Origin: an uncultured virus (IMG/VR IMGVR_UViG_3300023227_000005)
Lineage: Duplodnaviria > Heunggongvirae > Uroviricota > Caudoviricetes
Reading direction: 5' to 3' (one strand)
IMG/VR virus record: IMGVR_UViG_3300023227_000005
DNA length: 64,000 nucleotides
Shown: positions 45,937 through 54,969 of the stretch, piece by piece
Numbering within the stretch: the stretch's first letter is position 1
Layout of the letters: each line of letters begins with the position of its first letter
Position numbers and translations under genes: made by a program
The notes under the pieces: generated by a model
What the model was told of the DNA's origin: nothing
Database searches by the model: none
Seen by the model: only the letters and a program-made list of their open reading frames with translations

Positions 45937-46273
45937 TTAAATCGTCGTCTTGAAACATTCCCCATTCTTCCATCTCTTCCACTGTTGGGTTGTAAGTTGG
46001 GCCGTACCTAGAGCTAGACTTTGTTTTTTCTACTTTGTGAGGTTCGATTGCTTTTACAAGGTCTTTTCTAAGCAATATTACTTCTTTTCTCAGGGCGTCT
46101 ATCTCATAAGCTACACACTTAATAGCTTCAATTTGTTGACGAGCCTCTGAATACTTATGTGCGTAAGGCAGTGCCCTATTGGGGCTTTGGCCTAAACCTC
46201 GTTGTGGCTCGGTATTAAAAACAAGAACAACAAGAATAATTACAGCAGCGACCCAAAGTATTACTTTTTTCAT
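45920..46273 (-). CDS. Membrane-anchored hypothetical protein
   Basis: N-terminal TM; RBS AAGGAG. Confidence 0.72.
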   Translation of the reverse strand: MKKVILWVAAVIILVVLVFNTEPQRGLGQSPNRALPYAHKYSEARQQIEAIKCVAYEIDALRKEVILLRKDLVKAIEPHKVEKTKSSSRYGPTYNPTVEEMEEWGMFQDDDLIGNGG

Positions 46274-46424
46274 ATTAACTCCTTACCAGTACAAGCGATT
46301 CTCTAAAATTAGCTTTTCTTTCAATAAGCCCGACCCCTAGGTATTGATGCTTGATTTCTACTCTATACATATTTAATTATTGGCCTAGCACTCCATAGGC
46401 AATACCTCCATAAAAGTTAAGAAA

Positions 46425-46871
46425 CTAACCTCTTAGGCGATCAACGACAGCCTTTACATCTGTTCCCAAAACATTTTCTCCTGCAACTTTAAAGATCTTC
46501 ATAGCCATCCCCATGGCCTGTCCATCGGACTTGGCCTTGAGTATTGGCTGAATTTCTTCGGCGTCACATCTAAGCAAAAATGATTCAATGTGTTCTTGGG
46601 TCATCGTCTCGGGCAGTAGACTTTGAAGCATACCAGACTGTCTTTTAAGCCTAGTGTGCCCCTCGTCGCCCTCTTCATAGAAAGCAAGAGCCTCTTCATT
46701 CTGCTTTAGATGCTTCCGAATGACCGTCTCTGCCCACTTGTCGTCGTCTTGACGTTTGTGGTCGGCCTCAACGTCGGCGATCACTAGACGAAGTATGTCC
46801 CTGCGAACAACGTCCTTCTCTTTAATTGCCGATATCAACAGTCGCTTCATTACTTCTCTTAAAATGTCCAT
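46425..46871 (-). CDS. GatB/YqeY domain protein
   Basis: AIKEKDVVRRDILRLV...LLPETMT...GQAMGMAMK...DVKAVV. Confidence 0.82.
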   Translation of the reverse strand: MDILREVMKRLLISAIKEKDVVRRDILRLVIADVEADHKRQDDDKWAETVIRKHLKQNEEALAFYEEGDEGHTRLKRQSGMLQSLLPETMTQEHIESFLLRCDAEEIQPILKAKSDGQAMGMAMKIFKVAGENVLGTDVKAVVDRLRG

Positions 46872-46888
46872 CGTTTTTCCTTGGTAAG

Positions 46889-46962
46889 TAGGAGCAGCAG
46901 GACTCGAACCTGCGACCCTCTGGGTAAGAACCAGAAACTCTAGCCAACTGAGTTATGCTCCC
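46889..46962 (-). tRNA. tRNA-Lys(CTT)
   Basis: GGGAGCA/TGCTCCT-A; loop TTCTTAC. Confidence 0.9.
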
Positions 46963-47024
46963 ATGTGGTCTTATTAGTTATTTAGAGACGCATGGTACAA
47001 CCGACCAAGTCTTGCATACGTCTA

Positions 47025-47175
47025 TGGGACAATTGGGATTTGAACCCAACTCGGGAGCTTATGGCTCCCTAGTCTACTATATTTCCCGCGTTTCAGTCTA
47101 TAGCCATCTACGCTTGTTTTGATAGACCCCTGTACAATTAAGTACTCAGAGCATTATCCTCTATGCTATTGTCCC
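47025..47175 (-). ncRNA. tRNA(Met-like) RNA with ~80-nt structured insertion between D and anticodon arms
   Basis: Perfect GGGACAA/TTGTCCC-A, D arm GCAT/ATGC, GGGAGC-CATAA-GCTCCC, T arm TTGGG-TTCAAAT-CCCAA. Confidence 0.75.
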
Positions 47176-47501
47176 TAAGTCTTGTAAATTTGACCAGTTT
47201 TAGTGTGCATTAGTTTCTGCTTTGTTCCCTTGCGTTGTTGCAAGAACACAAACTCTGGACATTCTTTGATTGTCTTACTGCTAGTAGTGTGAAAACCAAG
47301 TCGTCGCCCAAGTAGTGCAAAGTCGTCTTTGCCGATCTCACCAGAAGCCTCAATACCCACAGAACTGTGGACAAAGAAGTAATCGTCTGTATATCGTCGG
47401 TTCTCTTCGTTTAGCATTACCTGTTCTCTGCATTTGAAAACCAACTCGTTGACTTCTTCTAGGTCACCTTCGGTAGTCTTACAAAACATTGCAATACTCA
47501 T
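47175..47501 (-). CDS. Hypothetical protein
   Basis: RBS AAGGA. Confidence 0.7.
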   Translation of the reverse strand: MSIAMFCKTTEGDLEEVNELVFKCREQVMLNEENRRYTDDYFFVHSSVGIEASGEIGKDDFALLGRRLGFHTTSSKTIKECPEFVFLQQRKGTKQKLMHTKTGQIYKT

Positions 47502-47637
47502 CTTAATTCCTTTTGCTAGTGATTAAAAAGTGATTTACGACAGGCTGGTTGATCTTGATAATTTTTTGAGCAACCAATTTAACTAAAGCATAACACTCAG
47601 CCCAGCAATCGCCAAGGCTACTTTTGCACCCGTCAAG

Positions 47638-47712
47638 TACCCCTGGCAGAACTCGAATCTGCAACCTGAAAATTAGAAGTTTTCTGCTCTAATCCAATTG
47701 AGCTACAAGGGC
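47638..47712 (-). tRNA. tRNA-Arg(TCT)
   Basis: GCCCTTG/CAGGGGT-A; loop CTTCTAA. Confidence 0.92.
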
Positions 47713-47775
47713 GAAGTTTTAGTGTATAATAAGTATGACTCTTTTAAAAAACTGAAACTATTCTATTCTTCTTAG

Positions 47776-47860
47776 TACTCCACGGGGGAATCGAACCCTA
47801 ACCTCCATCTTGCTCAGTTGTGGTATGACCTTAGAAGGATCATGCAAGCTGCCGGAGAGC
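47776..47860 (-). ncRNA. Arg(TCT)-loop tRNA-like RNA without D arm
   Basis: GCTC/GAGT-A ends, CTTGC/GCAAG, ATGATC-CTTCTAA-GGTCAT, GGTTCGATTCC. Confidence 0.6.
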
Positions 47861-47874
47861 GTGTTGGTGAGGTT

Positions 47875-47902
47875 ATTATACACCAACTTTATTCTTTGTC
47901 AA
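47875..47902 (-). promoter_or_regulatory. Promoter TTGACA-N16-TATAAT
   Basis: 16-bp spacer; also contains GTGTATAAT. Confidence 0.85.
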
Positions 47903-47905
47903 GGG

Positions 47906-48100
47906 CTATTTCAAGAAATAAAGTAAAAATAATCCCCAAAGGGCGATTGCCGAACTTACGACAAACTTAATAGCACAGAAAGCCCTACCCTCGTCTGTAA
48001 ACTCTCCACCAATCGGATGCTCGTCATTAGCAAGGGCGACGAATCGAAAGATAGACTTAATTAAACACATCGCTACCACCAGGATAATGAATGAGTTCAC
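47906..48100 (-). CDS. Small 2-TM membrane protein
   Basis: Two hydrophobic helices. Confidence 0.65.
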   Translation of the reverse strand: MNSFIILVVAMCLIKSIFRFVALANDEHPIGGEFTDEGRAFCAIKFVVSSAIALWGLFLLYFLK

Positions 48101-48291
48101 GTTGTCACCTCTACCTGAACTTGCTTGAGTGCCGTGTTAAACAGGCTCTCGTGCGTCTTGTACTTATGACACCAAGCTTCATAGGCCAGGAACATGGCAC
48201 GACTGACAACAGCAAGGGTCTCTACGTTTTCTGGAATCTTCATCGTGTTTCTCTGTGGGTGTTAGTGGGTGGGTCATTGTCTTACTCCCAT

Positions 48292-48319
48292 ATTATAGCA
48301 CGCTTCGGCCTTCTGTCAA
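48292..48319 (-). promoter_or_regulatory. Promoter TTGACA-N16-TATAAT
   Basis: Perfect hexamers, 16-bp spacer. Confidence 0.85.
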
Positions 48320-48432
48320 CCACTATTCCTGAATTTTTCTTTTTAATTGCCCCGAGTCCTGATTTCCAACTATTTTCACTTTTTTGACGGATTTTGGTTG
48401 TCTACCCCTGTTTCAAACGCTATTATACTATG

Positions 48433-48692
48433 TAGTTTTTAAGTTCTATCCTTACTTACTAAGAATCAAAAGATTCAACTCAGGGTCGACGGCGATACTA
48501 ACTGACGTAGTATCGTTAGACCCAATAAGAATCAAATAGATTCTAGGGAGGATGGAGCTATCTTTTGGCTTTCGTCCAGCCATCTTCTGTCTCTGCTGAG
48601 ACGCCCCAGGTCGCTCTCTGTGGCCCCTCGCTGAATATCGTGACTCAGAGCAGGCGAATCTCTCTGAGGCCCTTAGGAGCCGAACAGGCACG
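48433..48692 (+). ncRNA. Densely structured non-coding element, probable plus-strand RNA
   Basis: Six consecutive hairpins; G-U pairs favour the plus strand; TTGTCT-N17-TATTAT at 48398-48426. Confidence 0.55.
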
Positions 48693-48724
48693 AAAAAAGG
48701 CGAGACCATTACTGATCCCGCCTT
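48693..48724 (-). terminator. Intrinsic terminator
   Basis: GGCGGGATCA-GTAA-TGGTCTCGCC-TTTTTT. Confidence 0.78.
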
Positions 48725-48768
48725 AGCGTTAATTGAAGACCATTTGGTCGATGTAGTCGCACTGTTCA

Positions 48769-49341
48769 TCAATTATCCCCATGATGATCCTCGGTAAAAA
48801 TAGGTCGTTTGTCCATGATATTCTTAATGTCGTGAACCTCTAGTGGTGCAAATCTATTGGAGTCTACTCCAATGTCCATGCTCTTTCCTGGGTGCCAAGG
48901 TAGATTCCCATGACAATGCCCATACAGCATCCAAGCTCCACGTCCCATTTGATTCCAACTACGCATAGGATAGTGACACATAACGATTCTCTGCTTATGC
49001 ACGTCGCCGAAGTCTACTTTAATCTCGTGGTAGTGCCGAGCCCAGACAAAGCGTTTGCTCGTGATCACTTCATCCCTGTCGTGGTTCCCAATAATAAGGA
49101 ACTTTTGACCATTGAGGGCCGCTAGTATAGAGTTTGCTTTGTCTTGGTCTCTCTTGCCCCAGGTTAGAAATACGTCTCCCAAGTGATAGACAATGTCGCC
49201 CTTACCCACTGCCGCATTCCAGTTCTCCACAATCGTAGATATCATAGCATCCATATTTACAAAAGGACGCTTAGAAAGCCTAATGATATTGTCGTGAAAG
49301 AAATGGGTGTCGCTGGTAAAGAAAGTTTTTTGCGTGCTCAT
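48769..49341 (-). CDS. Calcineurin-like phosphoesterase
   Basis: SDTHFFH, HLGD, GNHD, CHYP, GHCHG. Confidence 0.92.
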   Translation of the reverse strand: MSTQKTFFTSDTHFFHDNIIRLSKRPFVNMDAMISTIVENWNAAVGKGDIVYHLGDVFLTWGKRDQDKANSILAALNGQKFLIIGNHDRDEVITSKRFVWARHYHEIKVDFGDVHKQRIVMCHYPMRSWNQMGRGAWMLYGHCHGNLPWHPGKSMDIGVDSNRFAPLEVHDIKNIMDKRPIFTEDHHGDN

Positions 49342-50024
49342 ATCTTAGTCGCTTCTTTGATTAGTTTGTAGTCATCTTCGTAAACAACTTTGATCATTTC
49401 GACCATGTGCTCATCTACCCAATTGAACCAGTTCTTGCCTAAGTCTTTTAGTTCAATGTGAGCAAACGCCGTGTCTCCATAGAACTCTTCATTTCTTTCT
49501 TCTAGAGCTTCCGTTACATTCAATTTACCAAAAGAAGCCCTAGGTAGACCATGTCTGTTTGATAGGAAACCAAAAATCCTATTAAGGTCTTGATCAATAT
49601 CAAAAACGTGGTCCCAAGCCCACTCTACTGGTTTGTATTGCTTTTTAAAGTGATGCTTGATATTAGGAGAGAAGAAACATCTGTCAAAGAAGTCTGTGTT
49701 CTCTGCGAGCTTACAGTCATGAATCATCGAGAGCATATTTCTCGTCGTCATGTACGGGTAGGGCAAATGCTGAATGGCGAGACAACGATTAGTAATCGTA
49801 GAAACAAACCTCTTGACAGGATCTCTAACTAATTGGACTCTAAGGTAGTTAGTTGGATCTATTTCCACGTCTGTGATGTCTGGAAAAGCCGACTTGAAGT
49901 CTTTGTGAATATTTTCGCAGTCTATACCTACGGACTCCATGATGCCAGTCTTGATAGACGTACAGGCAGACTTGGGCGACCATCCTAAGATCATTTTTAA
50001 TGGCTCGATAACTGATAAAATCAT
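49338..50024 (-). CDS. Sulfotransferase family 2-like protein
   Basis: PKSACTS (5'-PSB), VRDPVKRFVS (3'-PB), HHFKKQ, YEDDY. Confidence 0.82.
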   Translation of the reverse strand: MILSVIEPLKMILGWSPKSACTSIKTGIMESVGIDCENIHKDFKSAFPDITDVEIDPTNYLRVQLVRDPVKRFVSTITNRCLAIQHLPYPYMTTRNMLSMIHDCKLAENTDFFDRCFFSPNIKHHFKKQYKPVEWAWDHVFDIDQDLNRIFGFLSNRHGLPRASFGKLNVTEALEERNEEFYGDTAFAHIELKDLGKNWFNWVDEHMVEMIKVVYEDDYKLIKEATKI

Positions 50025-50674
50025 TTTCTTAGTACCTTTAGTTGTTGTATTTTTGTGTTTATGTCTTTGCACATAAAATGTACAAAGTTAGGAACAACTC
50101 TCTTTTGTTTAGATGAGCTGTTCCATCTGCCTTCTAGTCTAGTAAAGTCTTGAAAGTGCTTCCTTAGGACTTCCGCTATGTAGACTTCATCAGATATTTT
50201 TGAGTCATCTGAGTTTAACTCTGGATTTTCCCACATCTTACAAACTTCTCTGCCCAAGAACTTTAAAGCTTCGGGTTCTCCAATTATTAGTCCGCCATTG
50301 ACGAAGTAGTCAGGGTCGAACATTGGGAATTTATCCCTACACAAAGTGTTCTGCCTTATTCCCCAGTGGGTATATCCAGCGGGCCTTCCTGCGATATTGT
50401 TGATTGGCAAATCAAATATATTTTCACTCTTCACTATCAAAATGTCACAATCAAGATACATGATCTTTTCATAGTTGTCTGATATTCTTCCCATTGTCTC
50501 AAATTTTCTAACCCAATGAGACCTTCTGTTGTTTTTGCTATTATTGTAGTCGTCGGCGTTGTAAACTCTAAAGTCAGCACCCACAGACAAAGCGTAACTC
50601 GATATGTTTTCAATAGTCTCAGCCAGAACCAAAGAGTAACTTGGAGAACATATTGTGTATATGAGATTCTTCAC
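50021..50674 (-). CDS. GT-A (GT8-like) glycosyltransferase
   Basis: MYLDCDI, FVNGGL, DE, RWN, FVHF. Confidence 0.8.
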   Translation of the reverse strand: MKNLIYTICSPSYSLVLAETIENISSYALSVGADFRVYNADDYNNSKNNRRSHWVRKFETMGRISDNYEKIMYLDCDILIVKSENIFDLPINNIAGRPAGYTHWGIRQNTLCRDKFPMFDPDYFVNGGLIIGEPEALKFLGREVCKMWENPELNSDDSKISDEVYIAEVLRKHFQDFTRLEGRWNSSSKQKRVVPNFVHFMCKDINTKIQQLKVLRK

Positions 50675-50867
50675 TTCTTGTACCTCTTGATGAACTTATC
50701 TAGGTCTTCTTCAACGTAGAGCCCATTGAGGATCTTCTCGTTAATGTCGTCATACTTCCTGTTTCTGGCTGTCTTTGTATCTACGAGAGACCCCTCTTCT
50801 ACCCATATGTCAACAACCTTGTCTATCTTTTGTTGAATATTTATTACAACACCTCGATTGTGTAAAG

Positions 50868-50955
50868 CGGAACGGGTGGGAATCGAACCCACAGACCTAA
50901 TTAAAGGCCCTAGTTTTCCAGACTAGTGTGACCAACCAGTATTCACCTCCATTCC
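50868..50955 (-). tRNA. tRNA-Ser(GGA)
   Basis: GGAATGG/CCGTTCC-G; loop CTGGAAA; long variable arm. Confidence 0.9.
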
Positions 50956-50959
50956 GAGG

Positions 50960-51340
50960 TTAACCGGATGGTGGGACTAGGTCTTCGCCAAGCTCTAAGA
51001 TACCAGACTCTTCCACAAGTGGAGAGTTTGACCCCTTGGCGGTTTTCAAGATCTTGTCCACTCCAAGAGCAATGGCTTCCTTGGTGCTAAGCGTTCTTAG
51101 CTTAGCTAGTCCTGACTCACGAAGTCTTTGTAGAGAGTCTGCTTCCGCCTCTGCTGCGGTCTCATAGATATCAAACGACACAACCTCAACAGATCCTTCT
51201 CCATGAGTCTTCTTAAAGAACTCAGAGTTAAGGAAGTTGTTTGCTTCAACGTTTGACTTGAAATGTGACACCGGCTTCATAGTGCCGGGCTGTCTGTTTG
51301 AGGGTCTTTGTACAACCCAGTATCTTACTAAACTACTCAT
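50960..51340 (-). CDS. Hypothetical protein
   Basis: RBS GGAG; operon-coupled. Confidence 0.72.
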   Translation of the reverse strand: MSSLVRYWVVQRPSNRQPGTMKPVSHFKSNVEANNFLNSEFFKKTHGEGSVEVVSFDIYETAAEAEADSLQRLRESGLAKLRTLSTKEAIALGVDKILKTAKGSNSPLVEESGILELGEDLVPPSG

Positions 51341-51528
51341 TTTCTATTCTCCAATTGTCTTTCTGTTTTGACCCATTCTAAAAATTGCTTTTGACCAAGC
51401 AAATCCCACCAATCGTGAAAAGCATAAGAATGCTCGTCATCGGTAAAAGTTAGCAAGGCTTGATGATCTGGTAGTTCAAAACGTACCTCGCGATCAATAT
51501 CAGGACTGTATTTTTTATGATTTTTCAT
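51337..51528 (-). CDS. Hypothetical protein
   Basis: RBS GGAG. Confidence 0.65.
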   Translation of the reverse strand: MKNHKKYSPDIDREVRFELPDHQALLTFTDDEHSYAFHDWWDLLGQKQFLEWVKTERQLENRK

Positions 51529-51542
51529 TTACTTCTCCAAAT

Positions 51543-51614
51543 TGTGAGTACCGGAATCGAACCGGTCCTGACCCTCAGGATGGGCCATTATATTATCCTC
51601 TAAACCCTACTCGC
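51543..51614 (-). ncRNA. tRNA-like RNA (acceptor plus T arm, aberrant core)
   Basis: GCGAGTA/TACTCAC-A; ACCGG-TTCGATT-CCGGT. Confidence 0.5.
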
Positions 51615-51895
51615 TGTCCATATCATCTGGCTCTTGTTGAGCCTCAAGATTATTATAGCCAATAATCATAAAAAGATCAACTTAAATTTTCCACTTTGGC
51701 TTCCAATTCTCACAATAATTGTTTATGCAGGATTGCCATTTTCTATCAAATCCGCAATCTAGTTTGTAATAATACAAGAACAGCAAACGAAAAGACTTGT
51801 CTTCATATCTAGACTGATACACTAAACTTTCTTTTGCCAGACATATGTGTAGCTCCTGTGATACGGATAACTACATATATTACACACCAAAAGTT

Positions 51896-53149
51896 TTAAG
51901 ATTCTTGAGATTCCATATCTATTTCTCCAGAATCTAATTGCTTAGTTTCGTGAAGATAGAAATTGGGGGACTTTGCTTTTGCGAAATACTCGTTAACTCC
52001 ATATTTCATCAAAACAACACCCTCATCACAAGGAGCCCCTTCGTCGAGAGGTAAGCAGTCTTTGAACCCACTCTTAAAGAAGCTTTTGTCCATATAATAA
52101 TCGACATCTATATCTTCAAACAAACCTCGTTCCATTTCTGGGACATGATTAATACCGTTCTGTAGACAAAACTCTTTAACCTGATCCCAATGGAGATCTA
52201 GCCTCATCCCATCTTGATTGACGGTAGAAATCCTGTAAACATAAAGACGATGTTCTCCCTTGGGGATGCAGTAAGAGTAGTTCTTTTGAATGGGTGAGTC
52301 TCCCGCCCATCCAACCAACTCCCCATATAGAATCCAATTCTTAGGGATCACATGTTTAACTTTTTCCAGAGCTTCATTGTAGATATCCGCCTTGTAGTAA
52401 GACTGTGAAGCGTCCCTATATTTAACAACTTTACGAGAGCCAGCTACGCACTTATACTCAGACTCTATAATTTGCACTCCACACCATTTTGCGAACCGGG
52501 CAAACCAAGGCAAAGACTTTGGTACTAGCACGTTAGCCAACCTAACGCTTGATCCGTGTAGCTTAGCTGAGACAAAACAGTAGTCGTCAGGCTTCCAAGC
52601 TTGTAGGTTCCTTAGAAGCTGTGGTGTCTCATGGTGTTCAGGCAAAAGTTTTGGATCTACTTTCTGAACTTTAGCTTGACCCTTAGTCTTGTTTGAATCA
52701 CCCTTGGGACTAAGAACCTGTTTGATATACTTAGAAACAACCAAGTTTCCATTAATATGGGTGAAAGAGTCTCCGACCTTGAGGTCATTAACGTTCACAT
52801 CCAAGTATGAAAGGCATGATAAAGGAAGGAAAAGGGCGTTAGACACATGGCCGCGAAGCTTAATAGCTCGAACTCTAGCGTTGTCTCCAAGATAACCCTT
52901 AGCCTCTTTGTTGCGGTTCAACTCAGAGTGTGCATGAAGGTCGTTGTATGCAGCAAGGTCGAGGGCAAGCTGGCACTCAGTAGGAAACAAAATCCCTACA
53001 TCGCCAACTTCATAAGTACCTCGCGACACCACTGCCTGCATACCAAAGTGAGAGATACCCACCAATCGATCTGCATTCTCAAGGTCGAGAAGGTTTCCAA
53101 TTTTAACTACTACTGCTGAGTAGTTCTCGTTATCGTTTGTAAGTTTCAT
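51896..53149 (-). CDS. ATP-dependent RNA ligase (DRB0094/Rnl5-like with N-terminal OB domain)
   Basis: NADRL, RVRAIKLRG, motif I KLHGSS, YGELVG, EGVV, AKAKS. Confidence 0.88.
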   Translation of the reverse strand: MKLTNDNENYSAVVVKIGNLLDLENADRLVGISHFGMQAVVSRGTYEVGDVGILFPTECQLALDLAAYNDLHAHSELNRNKEAKGYLGDNARVRAIKLRGHVSNALFLPLSCLSYLDVNVNDLKVGDSFTHINGNLVVSKYIKQVLSPKGDSNKTKGQAKVQKVDPKLLPEHHETPQLLRNLQAWKPDDYCFVSAKLHGSSVRLANVLVPKSLPWFARFAKWCGVQIIESEYKCVAGSRKVVKYRDASQSYYKADIYNEALEKVKHVIPKNWILYGELVGWAGDSPIQKNYSYCIPKGEHRLYVYRISTVNQDGMRLDLHWDQVKEFCLQNGINHVPEMERGLFEDIDVDYYMDKSFFKSGFKDCLPLDEGAPCDEGVVLMKYGVNEYFAKAKSPNFYLHETKQLDSGEIDMESQES

Positions 53150-53317
53150 GATTAGGCCTCCAAAACCCAGTTACCAATTCCAAAAGCGATTGTTCCAAGT
53201 CCAAGCACAAGCACTCCAAAACCTGGAGACGCAAAGCCACAGTCTACTGCAACAATAAAAATTCCTACCACAATAATGGCCTTCTTTCATGTTTGTATTA
53301 TACAGGAGGTCTGCATC

Positions 53318-53716
53318 TTATTCTACTGGCTCCGTATATGTTCCGAAAAACTCTAGGTCAATACCAGCAGCGTTGAACTTGCGAATCAACTTACGCTCAC
53401 GTTGTTTTCGTGTAATCTTTGTGTCATCGTTGACTGTGACGCAGTCTTCGGTAAACTTAGTGTTGCAAATAAAACCAGCTCCATTCTTCTCTGTTAGTGG
53501 AGAGATAACAGTACCAATGCCATCTGGTTCTCCACATCGCATAACTTTTTCATTACTGATCTTGCCGATCTGCTTAGCGGCAAAGCCAAGGCAACACATA
53601 AAGCCCTCTTCATTCAATAGTAAGGTGCTGCCCTCTCCTGTATGCAATCCTGGGGCTTCTTCTCCGGTTCGCCACTTGGAGCGATTGATTCTTACCTTCT
53701 TTGTAAATGTCTTCAT
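53318..53716 (-). CDS. Hypothetical protein
   Basis: MCCLG...VND motif; operon-coupled. Confidence 0.72.
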   Translation of the reverse strand: MKTFTKKVRINRSKWRTGEEAPGLHTGEGSTLLLNEEGFMCCLGFAAKQIGKISNEKVMRCGEPDGIGTVISPLTEKNGAGFICNTKFTEDCVTVNDDTKITRKQRERKLIRKFNAAGIDLEFFGTYTEPVE

Positions 53717-53991
53717 TGCTTTTTACTCCATCGTTTTTTGTCTGCGGTTGACGGTCCCTCTTCATAGCCAGTTTCATAACCCTTGACATAGATAGGGTCG
53801 ATCTCTTGAAAGCTAATCTCTTGGATCTCGTCGTTGCGAGGTCTCTCTTTCGGGTCTGTCAACCAATCGATATCAGAGTCAAGATCTGCCCAGTTGTCAA
53901 ACCGACCAGACTCTCTACCATGCTTAAAGCGACGGTTGTTTTCCATTTCTCCCATGTCTTCTGCTACTTCTGCACCCATGTTATTCTCCAA
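53713..53991 (-). CDS. Hypothetical acidic protein
   Basis: Operon-coupled ORF. Confidence 0.65.
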   Translation of the reverse strand: MENNMGAEVAEDMGEMENNRRFKHGRESGRFDNWADLDSDIDWLTDPKERPRNDEIQEISFQEIDPIYVKGYETGYEEGPSTADKKRWSKKQ

Positions 53992-54463
53992 TCATTTCAA
54001 CTCTAAGGTCGGTTAACAAAAAGCCTAACCAATTCAGGCCCTTCCACTTGTTCATGTCCGTAATGTCTGGATCATCACCAGACATACCAACGCCCCAAAT
54101 TTTATCATAGGGGCTAGCTTCTACTAACACTCTACCGGCGGTGCCTTCTAGCTCTAGTTTAAGCAGAACACTTTGGGCAAACTTTGCCTTTAGTCCAGCC
54201 TTAACAATTCCCCTCGCTACGCAGGCCCAGTCTGTCTCATCAAAGTTTTCAATAGACCTGCCCAACGCTTTCTGTTCTTTTGGATCTTTAACATCCATGA
54301 CCTTTCTAGCTGTAGCTCTGTCCTTAAAAAACAAAGCCTTTTGAACCATCATAAACTGCTCAACACAGTTAAACTCAATCAGTCTATCATCTAAAGTTGG
54401 AGCCGTAAATAAACAGCGATGCCAATTGCTAAACGGCCCGCCCCAAAATGGTAATACCTTCAT
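53981..54463 (-). CDS. NADAR (YbiA/DUF1768) family hydrolase
   Basis: FSNW, VEQFMMVQKA, KALGR, AKFAQ, LVEASPYDKIWG, GLNWLG. Confidence 0.94.
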   Translation of the reverse strand: MKVLPFWGGPFSNWHRCLFTAPTLDDRLIEFNCVEQFMMVQKALFFKDRATARKVMDVKDPKEQKALGRSIENFDETDWACVARGIVKAGLKAKFAQSVLLKLELEGTAGRVLVEASPYDKIWGVGMSGDDPDITDMNKWKGLNWLGFLLTDLRVEMIGE

Positions 54464-54942
54464 GATTCCTCGCTTATTTGCTTTTTGTTTCTATCATAAA
54501 TTTCAAACTCTCCACCCCAAAGATCGAGAGAAAAAAACTCGTCGTCATCTTCAAGGTATTGTTTTCCAAAAACTGATATGACTTTCTTTCGTAGATCATG
54601 CTCGAACTGTTCTGCATTGAAGCCGTTATATTCGTTATCGCCTCCCTCCATTTCTGGGTAGAAGGACATAATGGCATACTCATTCTCGTGGTCCTGTGCC
54701 CACTCTTCTGATCTTCCGTCATCAATGGCGTCTTTGTAGTTTTGCCCCTTAGCGTTGAGATAAATACTATCAAATGCAACGCCATTAAAGCCCTTGCTTT
54801 TTAATTCTTTATACAAGGCCTCTGCTTTTGATCTTACGCTCATCTTTTTATCATCCTTATTGCTTGTTCTTTGGTGGGCGTATCCTTCATGAATGTCCAA
54901 CGCCGTGACTATATGTCTAAACTCTAACATTATCTCCCCCAA
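54460..54942 (-). CDS. Hypothetical protein
   Basis: Operon-coupled ORF. Confidence 0.68.
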   Translation of the reverse strand: MGEIMLEFRHIVTALDIHEGYAHQRTSNKDDKKMSVRSKAEALYKELKSKGFNGVAFDSIYLNAKGQNYKDAIDDGRSEEWAQDHENEYAIMSFYPEMEGGDNEYNGFNAEQFEHDLRKKVISVFGKQYLEDDDEFFSLDLWGGEFEIYDRNKKQISEES

Positions 54943-54966
54943 AAGCAGAGGCCGAAACCTCTGCTG
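54941..54966 (-). terminator. Intrinsic terminator
   Basis: AGCAGAGG-TTTCGG-CCTCTGCT-TTT after the CCA-enzyme stop. Confidence 0.78.
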
Positions 54967-54969
54967 TGT

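Noticed and set aside
47060..47150. Hammerhead ribozyme in the tRNA insert or at 38598-38706
   Set aside because: The CTGAnGA...GAAA core with correct stems is not present.
48452..48772. 106-aa minus-strand ORF
   Set aside because: It crosses an intrinsic terminator and a run of hairpins, and the protein has no recognisable features.
50671..50892. ORF start MGSIPTRS given in the track
   Set aside because: The first codons are the T arm of tRNA-Ser; any real ORF starts downstream.
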